This document shows positions 62,474 through 64,000 of a stretch of DNA of 64,000 nt, one piece after another. The position numbers and the translations under genes were made by a program. How positions within the stretch are numbered: position 1 is the stretch's first letter; every line of letters begins with the position of its first letter. This DNA is from Pristiophorus japonicus. Taxonomy: Eukaryota. The notes beneath the pieces were generated by a model. That model saw only the letters and a list, made by a program, of their open reading frames with translations, ran no database searches and was not told the DNA's origin. Location: assembly GCF_044704955.1 (NCBI RefSeq), contig NC_091999.1:23808001-23872000 (forward strand), written 5' to 3'.

Positions 62474-62523
62474 TTACGCAATTGGCTACTGGGGACAAGG
62501 GACCATGGTGACGGTGACTGCAG
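62474..62523 (+). pseudogene. IGHJ: JH segment (probably D2-J joined)
   Basis: T-YAIGYWGQGTMVTVTA G|gtaagg; WGxG motif and splice donor intact. Confidence 0.93.
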
Positions 62524-62567
62524 GTAAGGAGCATTCACTGATTCAGTAACACTTGTATTTGTGTCTT

Positions 62568-63810
62568 TATTTTATATTTCTGTTTATTTTAATAATTATT
62601 TCGTTCACTGAAACTTGGGTCCGGTGGATTTTGTTTTGAGATTTTTTTGCAATTATCAATGTGATTCTGCTGCAAAGTGATTATAAAATTCAACTGTTTC
62701 TCCACAGAAAATGTTGCTGATGTGATTTGGTATTTATTTGCTGACGAGACTGTGTGTCGAGGTTACTTTAAATACCTTATGATCATTACACTGTTTGACG
62801 TTTCTGCAATGTTTAATCTTGGTGACCTCTGATTGCTGGAGTTTTTCTGATCGAATGCAAACATTGTGTTTGAATGTGTTTAAAAGAACATTGTAGGCAC
62901 AAAACAGAAAGCTTAGAGGTCAGTAAATAACCTTAAGGTCATTTAAGTTTTTTCATGAAAATTACATTGTCATCTACTGACCGAATGTTCCCGAATGATC
63001 AGATTCAATACGTGACTTGTAATTAAGAACTGACAAATTAACATATTTCCAGCTGGAACACATTTAAATTAACATTATTATAACGTAGTAATATCACCGA
63101 TTATTATTGAAATACGCTATAATATCAAAATTAATGTATTTAACATGATCCGTCCAATCACAATTCTCTGTCAGTATTTTATATTTCTGTTGAATTCAAT
63201 CTTTCGTTATTTCAGTGTTAGGCGGGTTTGATGATTGTGTAATGAGATTTTTTGCAATGATACATTTGATTCTGCTGAAAGGGTTTATAGAATTACGGAT
63301 CTGCTCCATGAAAGGTTCTGTCGAGGGATTCCGCCCCTCAGCGATGTGATTTAGTGTTGATCTGCTGAGGAGAGTTTGTGCCTGTGTTACTCAGAATACC
63401 TAGAATTTGTGAAACTGTTTGGCGTTTCTACAATGTTTAATATCGGTGACAGCAGCAGGTTTCTGATCGAATCCAAACACGATATGTATTTTGAAACTGT
63501 TTGAAAACAGTCGGTAGGCAAAGAACAGGACGGGTTTAGACATCAGAAATTATTGAAAGGTATTTTAACATCACAATTATTGAAGTGATAATTATATATT
63601 CAACTATTAATCAATGTTGACGATGCTGGTATATTAATATGTGAAATGTAACTAGTTGCCATCTACATAATTAACTTATTCAGGTTGTAGTTGGATTAAA
63701 TTACTATTAACCAACCGATTATAATGCAATAATATCTCTGAATGTTATTCAAATATGCTATAAGTCCAATGTTCATTTACTTAATATTATTCGCCTTCAA
63801 AAATCCTGCT
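62568..63810. repeat. diverged tandem duplication, ~607-bp period, in the JH-Cmu intron
   Basis: TATTTTATATTTCTGTT at 62568 and 63175; colinear shared blocks GAGATTTTTTGCAAT, TGATTCTGCTG, ACTGTTTG.CGTTTCT.CAATGTTTAAT, TTTCTGATCGAAT.CAAACA, GTAGGCA and AAATA.GCTATAA. Confidence 0.85.
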
Positions 63811-64000
63811 CGACACTGGGCACCATTAAGGCAAGCAGAAACTTTTAGAGGCTGGATACAGTTATTAATTATGCCTGCAATTATTTCATTAACAACATAC
63901 TGATTCCATCGCTGTGTTCAGTTTGAGTCGGGAGTTCAATTACTTGCTACCTCCTGTTTACACAGATGAATGACTGAGTGCAATTAATTATAACTTAAAG

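Overview
Cartilaginous-fish (shark-type) genomic DNA from an antigen-receptor region, heavily filled with transposons and satellites. From left to right: (i) the 3' half of a decayed IgM heavy-chain cluster (Cmu3, Cmu4 plus secretory tail, TM1, TM2; 1872-5717, +) just downstream of an antisense Gypsy LTR element; (ii) four pseudogenised T-cell-receptor alpha/delta-type V segments (9292-9596 on -; 13786-18479 on +, split in two by a full-length CR1 LINE; 19424-19861 on +; ~29145-29450 on +), three with a recognisable 23-spacer RSS; (iii) a GPR139-like GPCR pseudogene (32707-33614, -); (iv) many CR1/L2/RTE-type LINE pieces, a Deu-type SINE and minisatellites, including an inverted 27-bp array; (v) the start of a second, same-strand IgM cluster whose V region is pre-rearranged in the genome as VD - DJ (V fused to a D followed by a 22-spacer RSS; JH preceded by a 12-spacer RSS). 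The main signals are IgH clusters interleaved with TCR V segments and the partial germline join, which leaves a 12-RSS on the DJ that is 12/23-compatible with the upstream TCR V RSSs. All immune segments seen carry disabling lesions. Family calls come from motif recognition only; no searches were run.
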